A stretch of DNA of 64,000 nt from NCBI RefSeq assembly GCF_009914755.1, contig NC_060930.1; one strand, 5' to 3'. The notes under the pieces are model-generated. The model saw only the letters and a program-made list of their open reading frames with translations. It did no database searches and was not told the DNA's origin. Positions 13,590 to 26,420 of the stretch are shown here, one piece after another; the first letter of the stretch is position 1; every line of letters begins with the position of its first letter. A program made the translations under genes and the position numbers. Source of the DNA: the human T2T-CHM13v2.0 reference genome, Homo sapiens.

Positions 13590-13691
13590 TAAGTATTGAT
13601 ATACACATGTATTGATATATACATGTAAGGATAGAGCTTGTTAAGTATTGATATACACATGTATTGATATATACAAGTAAGGATAGAGCTT
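13590..13691. repeat. Tandem duplication, period 52 bp, 2 copies
   Basis: taagtattgatatacacatgtattgatatatacaWgtaaggatagagctt at 13590 and 13642, 1 mismatch. Confidence 0.95.
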
Positions 13692-14627
13692 CGACTCATA
13701 TTTTCCACGTTTTTCTTTGCCTTCCTAACCCCTAGTAATCCCAGTCCTCAAATCTTGGCTTTGGGGCTGCTGAGTTTGGTGGGAAGAAAGAAACATCAGG
13801 CACCTTCACACCTGACTTTGTCTCCTCTGTCTCTGTAGCACTGAGTGGGTAGCAGGTTGGCACAGACATGGGGTGAAAAAGTTGAGCTAATCTTTAACTT
13901 TTTTCTACCACTCTTCTCAGATGTGCCAGACAATGAAAATAGACTGTGACCTTTTCATTAAAACAAAGTGAAAGCTGAAAGGATGACACAGTTCTCCAAG
14001 GTAGTAACCTGTAATGTTGTAGGCACCTTGAGTGCCCTCAAATTCTGTATTATCTCACCTGGCCCTTCTCTGCAGGTTTTGCTCTTTCCCGTGGTTTGCC
14101 CCTTTCTACTGAAGAGCCTGCTCCTCACCTATTCGTGCAATGTTTGTTTTTAGCCTGTGTTCTGAAATATCGATGTTCTAGCAGCCAACTCAGAATATGG
14201 CATAGAGTTTGTTCTGGGTGTTCTCCTGTCCATATCGATTGGATCAAAGGGAGATCCATCTGGAACCCACTTAATGTCCTTCCAGATGGTAAGCTTGCTT
14301 CCAGATGGCATGTTTAATAGGAGAAAAAGAAATCACTAAACACAAGCATCGTAGCGCTAGGGATGGCCCTGTAACTTTATTTCTTTCAGGATTCCTCAAG
14401 ACATTAACTCTTTTTTTTGGTCTTAGATTTTCACAGGAAAAGTTTCCAATTCTCAGGGTGAAATTAGGGGCCTTTGGAGAGTTATGATGTTATTTATAGC
14501 CAAATACCAATCATCTATAACTGCGCACCTGCTTGTGGTGGTTTGAATCTTCTCATTTTAAAAGTTTAGATAAATTGATAAACCATTATCAAGCTGCACA
14601 AAGGGCTTAGGAGCCTCTGTTGTCAAA

Positions 14628-14644
14628 GTGCCACCTACTGGATG
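14628..14644 (-). promoter_or_regulatory. Candidate CTCF core motif
   Basis: Minus strand CATCCAGTAGGTGGCAC matches the CCASYAGRKGGCRS core; motif only, no binding evidence. Confidence 0.45.
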
Positions 14645-14737
14645 CAAGCTAATATTTGGCTGATCCTAAAAAGCAGAGAGCTTTCAGCAAGCCTGAGCCG
14701 CCTCCAGTTTATCATCAACTTAAAAAATGATCATTTT

Positions 14738-16059
14738 GGCCAGGTGCACTTTGGCTGGGATTCTCAACTGTAATCCCAGCACTTTGGGAGGCTGACGCAG
14801 GAGGATCTCTTGAGCCCAGGAATTTGAGACCAGCCTGGGCACCCCCATCTCTCCAAAAAAAATTTTTTTTAATTTTTATTTTACTTTAAGTTCCAGGATA
14901 CATGTGCAGAACATAAAGGTTTGTTACATAGGTATACGCGTGCCATGGTTTGCTGCACCTATCAACCCGTCATCTAGGTTTTAAGCCCCACATGCATTAG
15001 CTATTTGTCCTGATGCTCTCCCTCCCCTCCTCATCCCCCAATACGCCCCAGTGTGTGTTGTTCTCCTCTCTGTGTCCATGTGTTCTCATTGTTCAACTCC
15101 CACTTATGAGTGAGAACATGTTGTGTTTGGTTTTCTGTTCCTGTGTTAGTTTGCTGAGGATAATGGCTTCCAGCTTCTTCCATGTCCCTTTTTATGGCTG
15201 CATAGTATTCCATGGTCTGTATGTACCACATTTTCTTTATCCAGTCTATCAGTGATGGGCATTTTGGTTGGTTCCATGTCTTTGCTATTGTAAATAGTGC
15301 TGCAGTAAACATACGTGTTCATGTATCTTTATAGTAGAATGATTTATGTTCCTCTGGGTATACACCCAGTAATGGGATTGCTGGGTCAAGTGGTATTTCT
15401 GGTTCTAGATTCTTGAGGAATCACCACTCTGTCTTCCACAATGGTTGAACTAATTTACATTCCCACCAACAGTGTAAAAGCATTCCTATTTCTCCACACC
15501 CTCACCAGCATCTGTTGTTTCCTGACTTTTTAATAATCTGTTGACCACATAGATGTCTTCTTTTGAGAAGTATCTGTTCATATCCTTTGCCCACTTTTTG
15601 ATGGGGTTGTTTGTTATTTTCTTGTAAATTTGTTTAAGTTCCCTGTAGATTCTGGTTATCAGACCTTTGTTAGATGGGTAGATTGCAAAAATGTTCTCCC
15701 ATTCTGCAGGTTGCCTGTTCACTCTGCTGATAGTTTCTTTTGCTGTGCAGAAGCTCTTTAGTTTAATTAGATCCCATTTATCAATTTTAGCTTTTGTTGC
15801 AATTGCTTTTGGCATTTTCATCAACCCCATCTTATAGAGATGGCAACCCTATTTTGAGGAGATGGCAACGCCATCTATACAAAAAAATAAAAATAAAATA
15901 AAAAATTAGCTGGCCATGGTGGCACACACCTGTGGTCCCAGCGACTCAGGAGGCTGAGGCACAAAGATTGCTGGAGCCTAGGAGGTTGAGGCTGCAGTGA
16001 ACCACTGCACTCAAGCCTGGGTGACAGAGAGACCCTGTCTCTTAGAAAAGAAAATAAAA
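14738..16059 (+). mobile_element. AluJ split by an L1 (left arm 14738-14862, right arm about 15871-16059)
   Basis: Left monomer ends ccccatctctccaaaaaaaa; right monomer resumes ccatctatacaaaa...attagctggcc. Confidence 0.88.
14863..15823 (-). mobile_element. 5'-truncated L1PA (about PA8-PA10 age) with internal deletions
   Basis: 3'UTR taggttttaagccccacatgcattagctatttgtcctgatgc; ORF2 C-terminal peptides ([33 protein letters not shown]) on the minus strand. Confidence 0.92.
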
Positions 16060-18099
16060 TTTCCATTTGCAAGATAAGTGAGCCTACTAAACATCACAAG
16101 TTTGTGCCTCAAAAGAGGCAACATGCTTTCCTTTGAGCACAGGTTGGAGACTGGATGTTTGGAACCTGGCCTCCTAAGCAAGTACTACCAGATAGGACAC
16201 ATACTTCCTAACTCCTTTGCTGCTACCTTGGTAAATGTCCTTTGCTTCAGACTTTTCAACACACAAACTTGTGTGGCCTGGTACCTTCTATTCATTCAAC
16301 AAAGAAATACATATTCATTCATTTTTTCATTCATTTTATCAAGGGTATCCTATGTGACAGGCCGTGGGCTTGGAGGTAGGGACACAGAATGATGATGGTG
16401 GGCAAATTTTCATTGAAGCCTGGATCATCCAGCTCTGAGCCCCTTCTTCTTCAGCACACATCCCTGGGACAGTGGGTTAGTGGAATTTGCACCTTTGCCC
16501 TGAACTTGCCCTTGCTCCATAGATGACACAGGGATCAACTAGGGGCAACCCCAATCAACCCTACAAGCTATGTGTGCTCCCTCATGGCCTACTGGCTGTC
16601 AACTCAGGAACGAAAGGTCCAGACCTCATCTAAAGTTCTCAGGGCCTGGATCCATAGACAAGGTAGTAGGTCATTCAACTTTGTTTTTTCTCCTGGCCAG
16701 TCAGAGATTGCAGGTATTTGCACATGTAGCCCAGCTGCCAGCTGAACAGTGCTCAAGATCAAAGAGTGATATGTGACAGGTCCCTGTGTGGTCACCAACA
16801 CTGGCCGCTCCAATGGCCACAGGCCAAGTGCCCTAGCAGTCCCGTGGACTTTGGAGTTTGGATCCCTGCAGCCCTTAGTTACGCAAAAATTGAAATAAAG
16901 ATTGTGGCGATGTAGCTAGGACTGATGTTTTCATTTGCAGTATCTATGAAGATAGGGTTTGCTTAGCAGAGTTCTAAAAATCCTATCTTCTTTGTATACT
17001 TAGTTAAAAATAAAGCGAAACAACAATATCCCCAAGACTGGGGGTAAGAGACAGCTGATAAATGCTTACATTTATTAAGAGGATACACAGTTCTCTTCAT
17101 ACTCTGTAATGCAGAATACACAGTAAGAAGAATTAATCTTACATTAATTAAGAGAACACACAGTTTTCAAGTAACCTGGAATGCTCTATAAACACCTATC
17201 AGGTTCATGCAACTATAGATCATTTTTATCTGTTTCTAAGCAAACATTTCTTAGGAAGATTTGGTTATTTTAGATCCACTTATCTTTATATCTAAAAGGG
17301 CTGGATTTGATGGACTGATTGCAATAAAGTCCGGCTCTTCACTAATTCAGATGGGTTCTCTTGCCCCATTATACTGAAATTGATGAGTTGTACTGTAGTC
17401 ACAGAAAATCAGAGAGTTAGAAGGTGCTTTGAGGTCATTTAGCCTCCAGGCAGAGCTGTTCCTAAAACTATTTTAGACCTGTGGTGGCTTATATCTTTAT
17501 CCTGCGATCTGTATAATCATTCCTATTAAATGTTGCCACCCTACATAGATCATGTTTTATTTTTGTCAAGTGCTTTAGCCCTCATTTGAAATATACCATC
17601 CACAGCCCTAGAATGATTATTTCCTTCTCTCAAATGAGGAGACTGAGGCACAGTGAGGACCTCTGATTGGCTTCATGTCTCAGAAGCTACTTGCTATAAG
17701 CTAGGAATAGAACTCTCATGGTCCAGCTCATTGTGAATAGCAACAACTTCTCCCAGTCTCAATTGCCTGCTCAAGTATGCTTCAGAGACTGCCTCTTCTC
17801 TTTTGTTTGAAGATGCGGGGTCCTATTCTCTAGCTTCCCGAAGATGTCCTAGTTCCCAAAGCATTCAGAACACTGCCACCTCCTGCAGTCATGCAAACCA
17901 GCAGGTAGGAGACGGGGGAGAGAAGGAAATAGGTGAAATAAAGGAGGGAGAGAAGCAGGAGGCATTGTCTTTTGGGTTCCCACAACCTGCTAGCGGGCAC
18001 TGTCCCTTACACATCCCACTCGACTTTCAGTTCAGAAACAGGGCAAGGCTGCCCTTAGCAACTACTTCAACGGGAGCTATATACTGGCCCAGAAATAAT

Positions 18100-18300
18100 A
18101 AAGCCAATTTTTTGAGTGCTTGTTAAATAGGCAACGTGCTGAGTGCTATCCCATTTCATCCTCACATCAACCACAGAGGTCAGTCATATTACTCTTTCCA
18201 TTTTGTAGATGAGGAACCCAAAGCATAAAGAGGGGAAGTCACTTGCTGAAGCCCACATGGCCCATGTGCCTGTCTGACTTACAGGTGACTGATGACCAGT
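18100..18300 (-). mobile_element. MIR SINE
   Basis: ccatttcatcctcac..ccattttgtagatgaggaacccaaagc..aagtcacttgc. Confidence 0.7.
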
Positions 18301-18815
18301 GCACTGAACTGCCCCTCCCGAGAGCTTGGGAGCAATGAAGCATGTTTCAGGTATTTCACACTTTTTAGACAGGCATAGGAGGTGCCCTGCTATTTTTGAC
18401 ACCTCTAAGTTCATAATGGACAATCAGACAAAGCTGTGCAAAAGTCAGGTCTGTGGATTATTGGAATTGGAATCTGTCACTGTTTTCAATTGTTCTTTTT
18501 TTTTGGACATAACGCTTTTTTTGCCCAGAAAGCGTGAAGCCCTTGAATGGACATGGTGTATCATTCCCAGGAGCTCTTTTGTCATTTCTGTTGGCAGAAC
18601 TTAGAATTGCACATTTCACAGTCTGAATAGGAGTGCCAAAGTCCAAGGTTTGAAGAAATAAAAGGACCTACCCTTTTGAGTTTGTTTTCATTGACTCAGA
18701 AATAATTATATTAATAATGTGATCACCAACATTGTGCCAGGCACTGTGCTGAGCAGTAGGATAGAGGTGAACATAATGGGCTTGGCTTTTCTCTCATAGA
18801 GCTCATAGTCTAGGA

Positions 18816-19020
18816 CAGGGTTGGCAAATAACAGCCATGGGCCAATTCTGGCCTGCTGCCTGTTTTTGTAAATAAAGTTTTATTGGAACATAGCTACACT
18901 CATCCATCTACAAATTGCCTAGAGCAGCAGAGTTGAGTAGTTGCAACAGGGATCATATGGCCTGCAAAGTCTAAAATATTTACTCTCTTGCCCTTAACAG
19001 AAAATGTTTACCAACCCCTG
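18816..19020. mobile_element. MER58A (hAT-Charlie MITE)
   Basis: TIRs cagggttggcaaa / tttaccaacccctg; internal gtaaataaagttttattggaaca; 8-bp TSD gtctagga / gcctagga. Confidence 0.92.
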
Positions 19021-19134
19021 GCCTAGGATGAGATTTATTTTTCAAGTTTGGACATTTTTCTTTTGGATAGAACACATATTTATTCCCAAACTGATCAACC
19101 GTTAGGATTCTTTCATTATAATAATAAAGTAACC

Positions 19135-19350
19135 ATCAACATTCACCGAGTCTTTGCTACTTGCCGGGCAGTGTTCTAAGCACTGCATGTGCATTAACTT
19201 AATTAGTTCTCACAATAACTCTACGTGGTAAGCATTATGATTACGCCCATTTTACGATGAGGACTGGTTAAACAACCTGAACAGAGGGCACAGCTAGAAG
19301 TAGCAGCACTGGGATTTATGCTCTGCCAAGCTGGCATGTGCTCTTCTCCA
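19135..19350 (-). mobile_element. MIR SINE
   Basis: ctcacaataactct..cccattttacgatgagg..cacagctagaagtagcag. Confidence 0.7.
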
Positions 19351-21155
19351 CTAAGTTAAATTGGAAGAGGCAGCAGAGTGTGGGTTGTACCCAAGCAGGT
19401 AAGAGAACAGGAGGAAAGTCCACACTGGAAGTGGCTGGACAGTGCTGGTCTAGTGACTATGGGGCCTATTTTTAGCCCCAAGAAAATCCTGGAGGATGAG
19501 TCTCTCTCTCTCTTAATTTTATACTCAGACACACTCTGATTAGAGGGGGATGCAATCGCTGCACCTCGCTCTGAGCTTCCCTGTAATTAAAGTGCTTCTC
19601 AGACGTGGATGTGTCTAATGTCTGCTAATGCTGATCGGTGGAAGATGCTTTGAAACTTAGTGAGGAAAAAAAAAAGGAGAAGCATTGGTTTATTTCGTCA
19701 GAAAGAGGAAATGGCAAAGAAGGACCCTCTTGACAGCTGATTCCTGTATCACTCTCTTGGGGATTCCCAAGACCCTAACTGGTATACTCCTCCTTTTCTT
19801 CTGACATCCCCTGAATTCCTCCTCCCCAACTTCAGAATATTCTCATCCCTCCCCCAATGAATATCTTTCTAAGACTGGAGGCCCCTCTTGGGGTTCTCGA
19901 TACATGAATACCAGGACCACAAAACTCATAGCAGGGTAACTCCCATATCTTAGTAGGGGAGGGTAGTTTCCTGAGTTCAGGAAGCAATCATAACAGAGTA
20001 GAGAAGGCTACGTTCCTTATATACTTCCCCAATCATCACAGAGGCATACCCCAAGGTTACCCACATTTTCTTATGAACATGACATTAGTTGGCAAGGTTA
20101 GCTGACTTCTCCTTAGTGGGAAGTTTTGCTTATGCCGACTTCTCCTTAGTGGGAAGTGGGTGCCCATGTAGAATCACTGGTCTTCTTCACAGGAACTTGT
20201 AGAAATGTAGCTTGTCATAGAAATGTTTAGAGGATCTTTTCTGTCTCTCATGCACTGGGGTAATTGGAAAAGGAGATGTGGTGCTGATTGATATAGAAAA
20301 TCAGAACCACCCACGTAGGCTTTCCCCTGGCATGGGAACTTACACTGCCAAAGCTTCATCGTGCCTTCTCTGAACATGGACCCATTGCTTCTTGCACTCA
20401 AAGCGCTGTGCTACAGGTACATACAGTGGGATGCTCACCTAATGAATTTTCTAATAGTTATTCCTTGTTTCAGACATCAGCCTGAGCTCCTGATATAACC
20501 TTGATAAAACCATAAGTATAACAAGCAAATGTATATATGGTCTCTAAAATAGGCATGGGATTACGAAAAAGCAAAAGGCACCTGCTTTTAGGTCTGACAA
20601 GCTATTCACTCCATAAAATTTTTGCACCGCAGTTCCTGCTGTTCTGTAAAATCCTTGGGAGGCCTTGCATTTCATATGCAAGCGCTACCAGCACGGCATT
20701 CGTAGAACATTTAAATAGCCTGTCTCTATAGAATTAGCTAGACAGCCAGCATTGGAGAAGCTGGGAGATAATTATGTCTCCCATAAAATGAAGATTCTGT
20801 TCTAAGGAGGGAATGTGGCCAAGATGCCAGGTATATTTTTTCTTTTTCTTCGTATCTTGGCCATCTCATGCCAAGACACATTCCAAGCCACCCTTTTGCT
20901 CATGTTTCTCTCTTTCATGAAATGACTTTATTCTCTCAGAGTTCACTAGTAACGTTAATGCTAAAATGATACAGATTTCATTTCCCCCCAAGATTTTATG
21001 TGAGATACACTTTGGGGCTCATGCATAACTCCTTTGAAAAGAAATTTGTGACACGGAATGATCTTGTTATCTGTTTCTCTTTTTATTTAGCTTAAAATTG
21101 TCAAATTAACAGGTAGAAAAGATTCAAGCTTCCTAGTTTAAATTTGTGCCAAATT

Positions 21156-21496
<341 letters not shown>

Positions 21497-22536
21497 TTAA
21501 ATCTCAAATGACTCTTGCTAATGTTCGGCACTGTTTCTGATTCCAGCTACCCTGTCAGACTTTGAGAAGTTAAAGTACTAGTGACTAGAAAAGTAAGAGA
21601 AAAGAAGATGAGGAAAAGAGAATTAGGAGATTGATTAAATTCATGCCCTTTATGTGGTGTGTTTAATATAGCAGGCATTTTACATCAGTCCCCCAAAAGA
21701 AAGGCATTATTTTAAAGAAAATAGATTGGCTACCTCCAGTGATATCCCTGGATATTGTAGCTATCACAGAGGACTGCCATGCACAGTTGTTCGGTTGAGC
21801 ACTGCACAGCTCTCAGGAGAATCATTCCTTACATAAACTGTGTGTATAGACCTGACCACCGACACTTCTTCTGTGGCACTGACCATGCTTGGCTCCCTCT
21901 TTTCCCTCCCTAGCTGTGGTCTGTACTCAGTCCTCCAATCAGGCCCATTTGTAGCCACTTTGCATCCTAGTCTATTGCAGTTGGCTTCCTGAGGGTCTGG
22001 CCACACAATCCACTCTTCTAGTAGGTCTACCCCATTCTGAAGATAGAGATTTGGATTTCTGCTTTGCTCCTAGCAATCCCTAGTGACTTCCTGGTGCACC
22101 TGCTTCTTGGGTCACCATTACGGGTGCTCATGTTTTTGTTTCCAGTTCTTCCCTTACGCCCAGACCCCAGGTTTTCCTGTTTGCCTAGAACCATTTTGTC
22201 CCAGGTATATCTGGAAGCAAGAAGGGAATTCCTGTAATTCTCCCTCATTTAGAAGGTAGAGGAAGAGGGAAGAGGAAAGAAGAAAGGAATACCAAAGTTA
22301 TCTTCCAGAAGACCCAAACCTGTCCCATTTTAGTTCACCTTGTCAAGTAGTGGTTCTGACCCTTATCATATTTTTTATCATAGAATCTGCAGACTGCTAC
22401 AGAATCTTTATTTTGAGCTTAATGTGATTTGAAATGGTCCTTTCATTAACTCCATTTACATCTTCCTCTGAGAAGATCTTAAGAAAGCTTGTTTCAGTTT
22501 CCAAGGAAGAGACAACAAGTGCCACTTGTCTCATTA

Positions 22537-25172
22537 TAGGTGTACCTCAAAGATATTGTGGGCTCAGTTCCAAACCACCGCAATAAAGCAAATATCACAA
22601 TAAAGAGAGTCACATGAATATTTTGGTTTCCCGGTACACATAAAACTTAATTTACACTATACTGTAGTCTATTAAGTGTGCAAAGCATTATGTCTAAAAA
22701 CAATGTATATACCTTAATTTAAAAATACCTTATTGATAAGAAATGCTAATGATCATCTGAACCTTCAGTGAGTCATTATCTTTTTCCTGGTGGAAGGTCT
22801 TGCCTCAAGGTGGATGGCTGCTGACCGACCAGGGTGGTGGTTGCTGAAGGTTGGGTAGGCTGTTGCAATTTCTTAAAATAAGACAACAATAAAGTTTGCT
22901 GCATCTGTTGACTCTTCCTTTCATGAAAGATTTCTCTGTAGCATGTGACACTGTTTGGTGGCATTTATCCACAGTAGAACTTCTTTCAAAATTAGTCAAC
23001 CCCTCTCAAATCTGCCACTGTGTTATCAATTCAGCTTATATAATATTCTAAATACTTTGTTGTCATTTTAACAATGTTCATAGCATCTTCACCAGGAGTA
23101 GGTTCCATCTCAAGAAACCACTTTCCTTGTTCATTCATAGGAAGCAACCGTCATTCATTCAAGTATGATAATGAGATTGCAGCAATTGTCACACTTTCAG
23201 GCTCCCCTTCTAATTTTCCCTTTCTATTTTTACCACATCTGCAGTTCCTTCCTCCATTGACATCTTGAACCTCTCAAAGTCATCCATAAGGGTTGGAATC
23301 TACTTCTTCTAAATTCTGGTTAATGTTGATATTTTGACCTCCCATGACTCACAAATATCCTTAATTGCATCTAGAATGGTGAATCCTTTCCAGAAGGTTT
23401 TCAATATACTTTGCTCACTGGAAGGCTAGATTTTTGTTTTTTTTTAGATGCCAGTTCTCACTCTATTGCCCAGGCTAGGGTGCAGTGGCATGAGCATAGC
23501 TCACTGCAGCCTAGAACTCCTGGGCTCAAGTGATCTTGCCACCGTAGCCTCCCAAGGACCTGGGACTACAGGTGTGCACCATCACACCCAGATAATTATT
23601 GTTATTATTATTTGTAGAGACAGGGTCTTGCTGTGTTGCACAGGCTGGTCTTGAACTCCCGGCCTCAAGTGATCCTCCTGCCTTGACCTCCCAAAGAGTT
23701 GAGATTACAGGCATGAGCCACGGTGTCTGGCCCTATTTCTCAAATAATAAGACTTGAAAGTTGAAATTACTCTTAAATCCATGGGTTGCAGAATGGATGC
23801 CATGTTAGCAGGCATGAAAACAACATGAATCTACTTGTACATCTCCATCAGAGCTCCTGGGTGACCATGTGCACTGTCAATGAGCAGTGATATTTTGAAA
23901 TAAATCCTTTCTTCTGTATAGTAAGTTTCAACAGTGGGCTTAAAATATTCAGTAAGCCCTGCTGTAAACCGATGTGCTGTCATCCACGCTTTGTTTTTCC
24001 AATTACACAGCACAGGCAGAGTAGATTTAGCCTAATTCTTAAAGGCCTCAGGATTTTCAGAATGGTAAATGAACATTGGCTTCAACTTAAAGTCACCAGC
24101 TGCATTAACCCCTAACAAGAGAGTCAGCCTGTTCTTTGAAGCTTTGAAGCCAAACTTTGACTTCACTCTAGCTATGCAAATCCTAGATGGCATGTACTTC
24201 CAATAGGAGGCTGTTGCATCTCCACTGTTGTTTGGTGTAGCCATCTTTATCAGTGATATTAACTAGATCTTCTGGGTAACTTGGTGCAGCTTCTCTGTCA
24301 GCACTTGCTGCTTCACCTTGCACTTTCATGTTATGGAGAGAGCTTCTTTCCTTAAACCTCATGAACCAACCTCTGCTAGCTTCACACTTTTCTTCTGTAC
24401 CTTCCTCACCTCTCTTAGACTTTAAAGAACTAAGGAAAGTTAGGGCCTAGATCTGGATTAGGCTTTGGCTCAAGAGAATATTGTGGCTGGTTTAATCTTC
24501 TATCCAGACCACTCAAACTTTCTCCATATCAGCAATAAGTCTCTTTCTTTCTTATAATTCATGAGTTCACTGGAGTAGCACGCTTAATGTTCTTCAAAAA
24601 CCTTTCCTTTCCAGTCACACCTTAGCTGTTTGTTGCAAGAGGCCTAGCTTTTGACCTATCTCAGTTTTCAACATACCTTCCTCTCTAAGCTTAATCATTA
24701 TTAGCTTTTGATTTCAAGTGAGAGACATGTGACTCTTCCTTTCACTTGCACACTTAGAGGCCACTGCAGCATTAACAGTTGGCCTAATCTCAATATTGTT
24801 GTGTCTTAGTGAATAGGGAGGTTCAAGGAGAGGGATAGAGATGGGGGAACAGCTGGTAGAGTAGTCAGAACACACACCACATTTATCATTTAAGTTTGCT
24901 ATCTTCTATGGGCACGGCTGGCGGCACCCCAAAACAACTAAGTCAAAGATCACTGATCACAGATAACCAGATATTATAATAATAATAAAAATGTGTAAAA
25001 TATTCCAAGAATTTCCAAAATGTGACTCAGAGACATGAAGTGAGCACATGCTGTTGCAAAAATGTCACCAATTGACTTGCTGGACACAGCGTTGCCGCAA
25101 ACCTTCAATTTGTGAAATACACAATATCCAAAAAGGGCAGTAAGGCAAGTGCAACAACATGAGGTATGCCCA
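22537..25172 (-). mobile_element. Near-full-length Tigger1 (TcMar/pogo) with decayed transposase, interrupted by AluJ
   Basis: Both TIRs present (taggtgtacctc / gaggtatgccca), left TA at 22535-22536; minus-strand peptides [27 protein letters not shown] and [15 protein letters not shown] are DDE_1 transposase fragments in different frames. Confidence 0.93.
23431..23732 (-). mobile_element. AluJ nested in Tigger1
   Basis: Diverged dimer, catagctcactgcagcctagaactcctgggctcaag. Confidence 0.93.
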
Positions 25173-25523
25173 CATTTGGTTCTGCTAAAAATATTCCACA
25201 GCCACCTTTAGAAGCCACACTTTGTCTTTGGAGCATTGGCTGGCTGCCTCTCTATCATACCAACCTCTCTTGGTGCTTTCTTTTTCTGTCTTCTATTTTC
25301 CTTTTTTGTCCTTCCCTTTTTTTTTTTTCCCCCAAGCAATCAAGGGACCATTTTCTCTAGAGCTGAAAGGGACCTCAAGAAATCGTCTAATTCAGCGCTT
25401 TGCATTGCAGCAAATAAGATGGTTTAATCCTCATTTTACAGAAGAGGTAACAAGTCCAGGCAGAAAGAAAGAAAGAACAAAGAAACTTGCTTCAAGTCAC
25501 ACAAACTCCTAGAAGTCGTGAGC

Positions 25524-25790
25524 CAGTGTCCTCAACCTCGGCTGTGAATTAGCATCGCCTGGGGACTACGCTTCCAGAGTAATCGTGTAAGAATCTTAGG
25601 ATGTTGTTTCTGAGTCTAATACACACCAGAAGCACCTGGAGGGCTCCTCAAGAACAGATGGCTGGGCCTCCCCAGAGTTTCTGATTCAGCAGGCCTGGGT
25701 GAGACCAGAGAATCTGCAGGTACAACAAGTTCCAGGCGATGCTGATGCTGATGCTGTGTGTGCAGGCACTGCACTGTGAGACCTACAAGG
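25524..25790. mobile_element. MER5A fragments
   Basis: cccagagtttctgattcagcaggcctggg..gaatctgc..aacaagttccaggcgatgctgatgctg. Confidence 0.8.
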
Positions 25791-25996
25791 GTGGGAAACA
25801 CCTTTATGGAGGGGCAAGTCAGCAAAGGGAGACCCGCTTGGTGGCGAGTTGGTGATTTTCTGGCCCACTTCAAAGTGTTCCGTCCAGTCCCCAGTCAGTG
25901 GTCCAGGAACCCTAGCCCATGTGAAGAGCCTCATATTCCGCAACAAGTTTGCAGACAGGAAGTGTGCTGCACTCACAGGGTTCTCTGTCATTTTGA

Positions 25997-26420
<424 letters not shown>

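Noticed and set aside
15486-15830. 114-aa L1 ORF2-like ORF with a novel C-terminus
   Set aside because: Artefact of an internal deletion (near 15538) in an old truncated L1.
23831-24244. DDE transposase-like peptides as a domesticated gene
   Set aside because: Short fragments in different frames inside a decayed, Alu-interrupted Tigger1.
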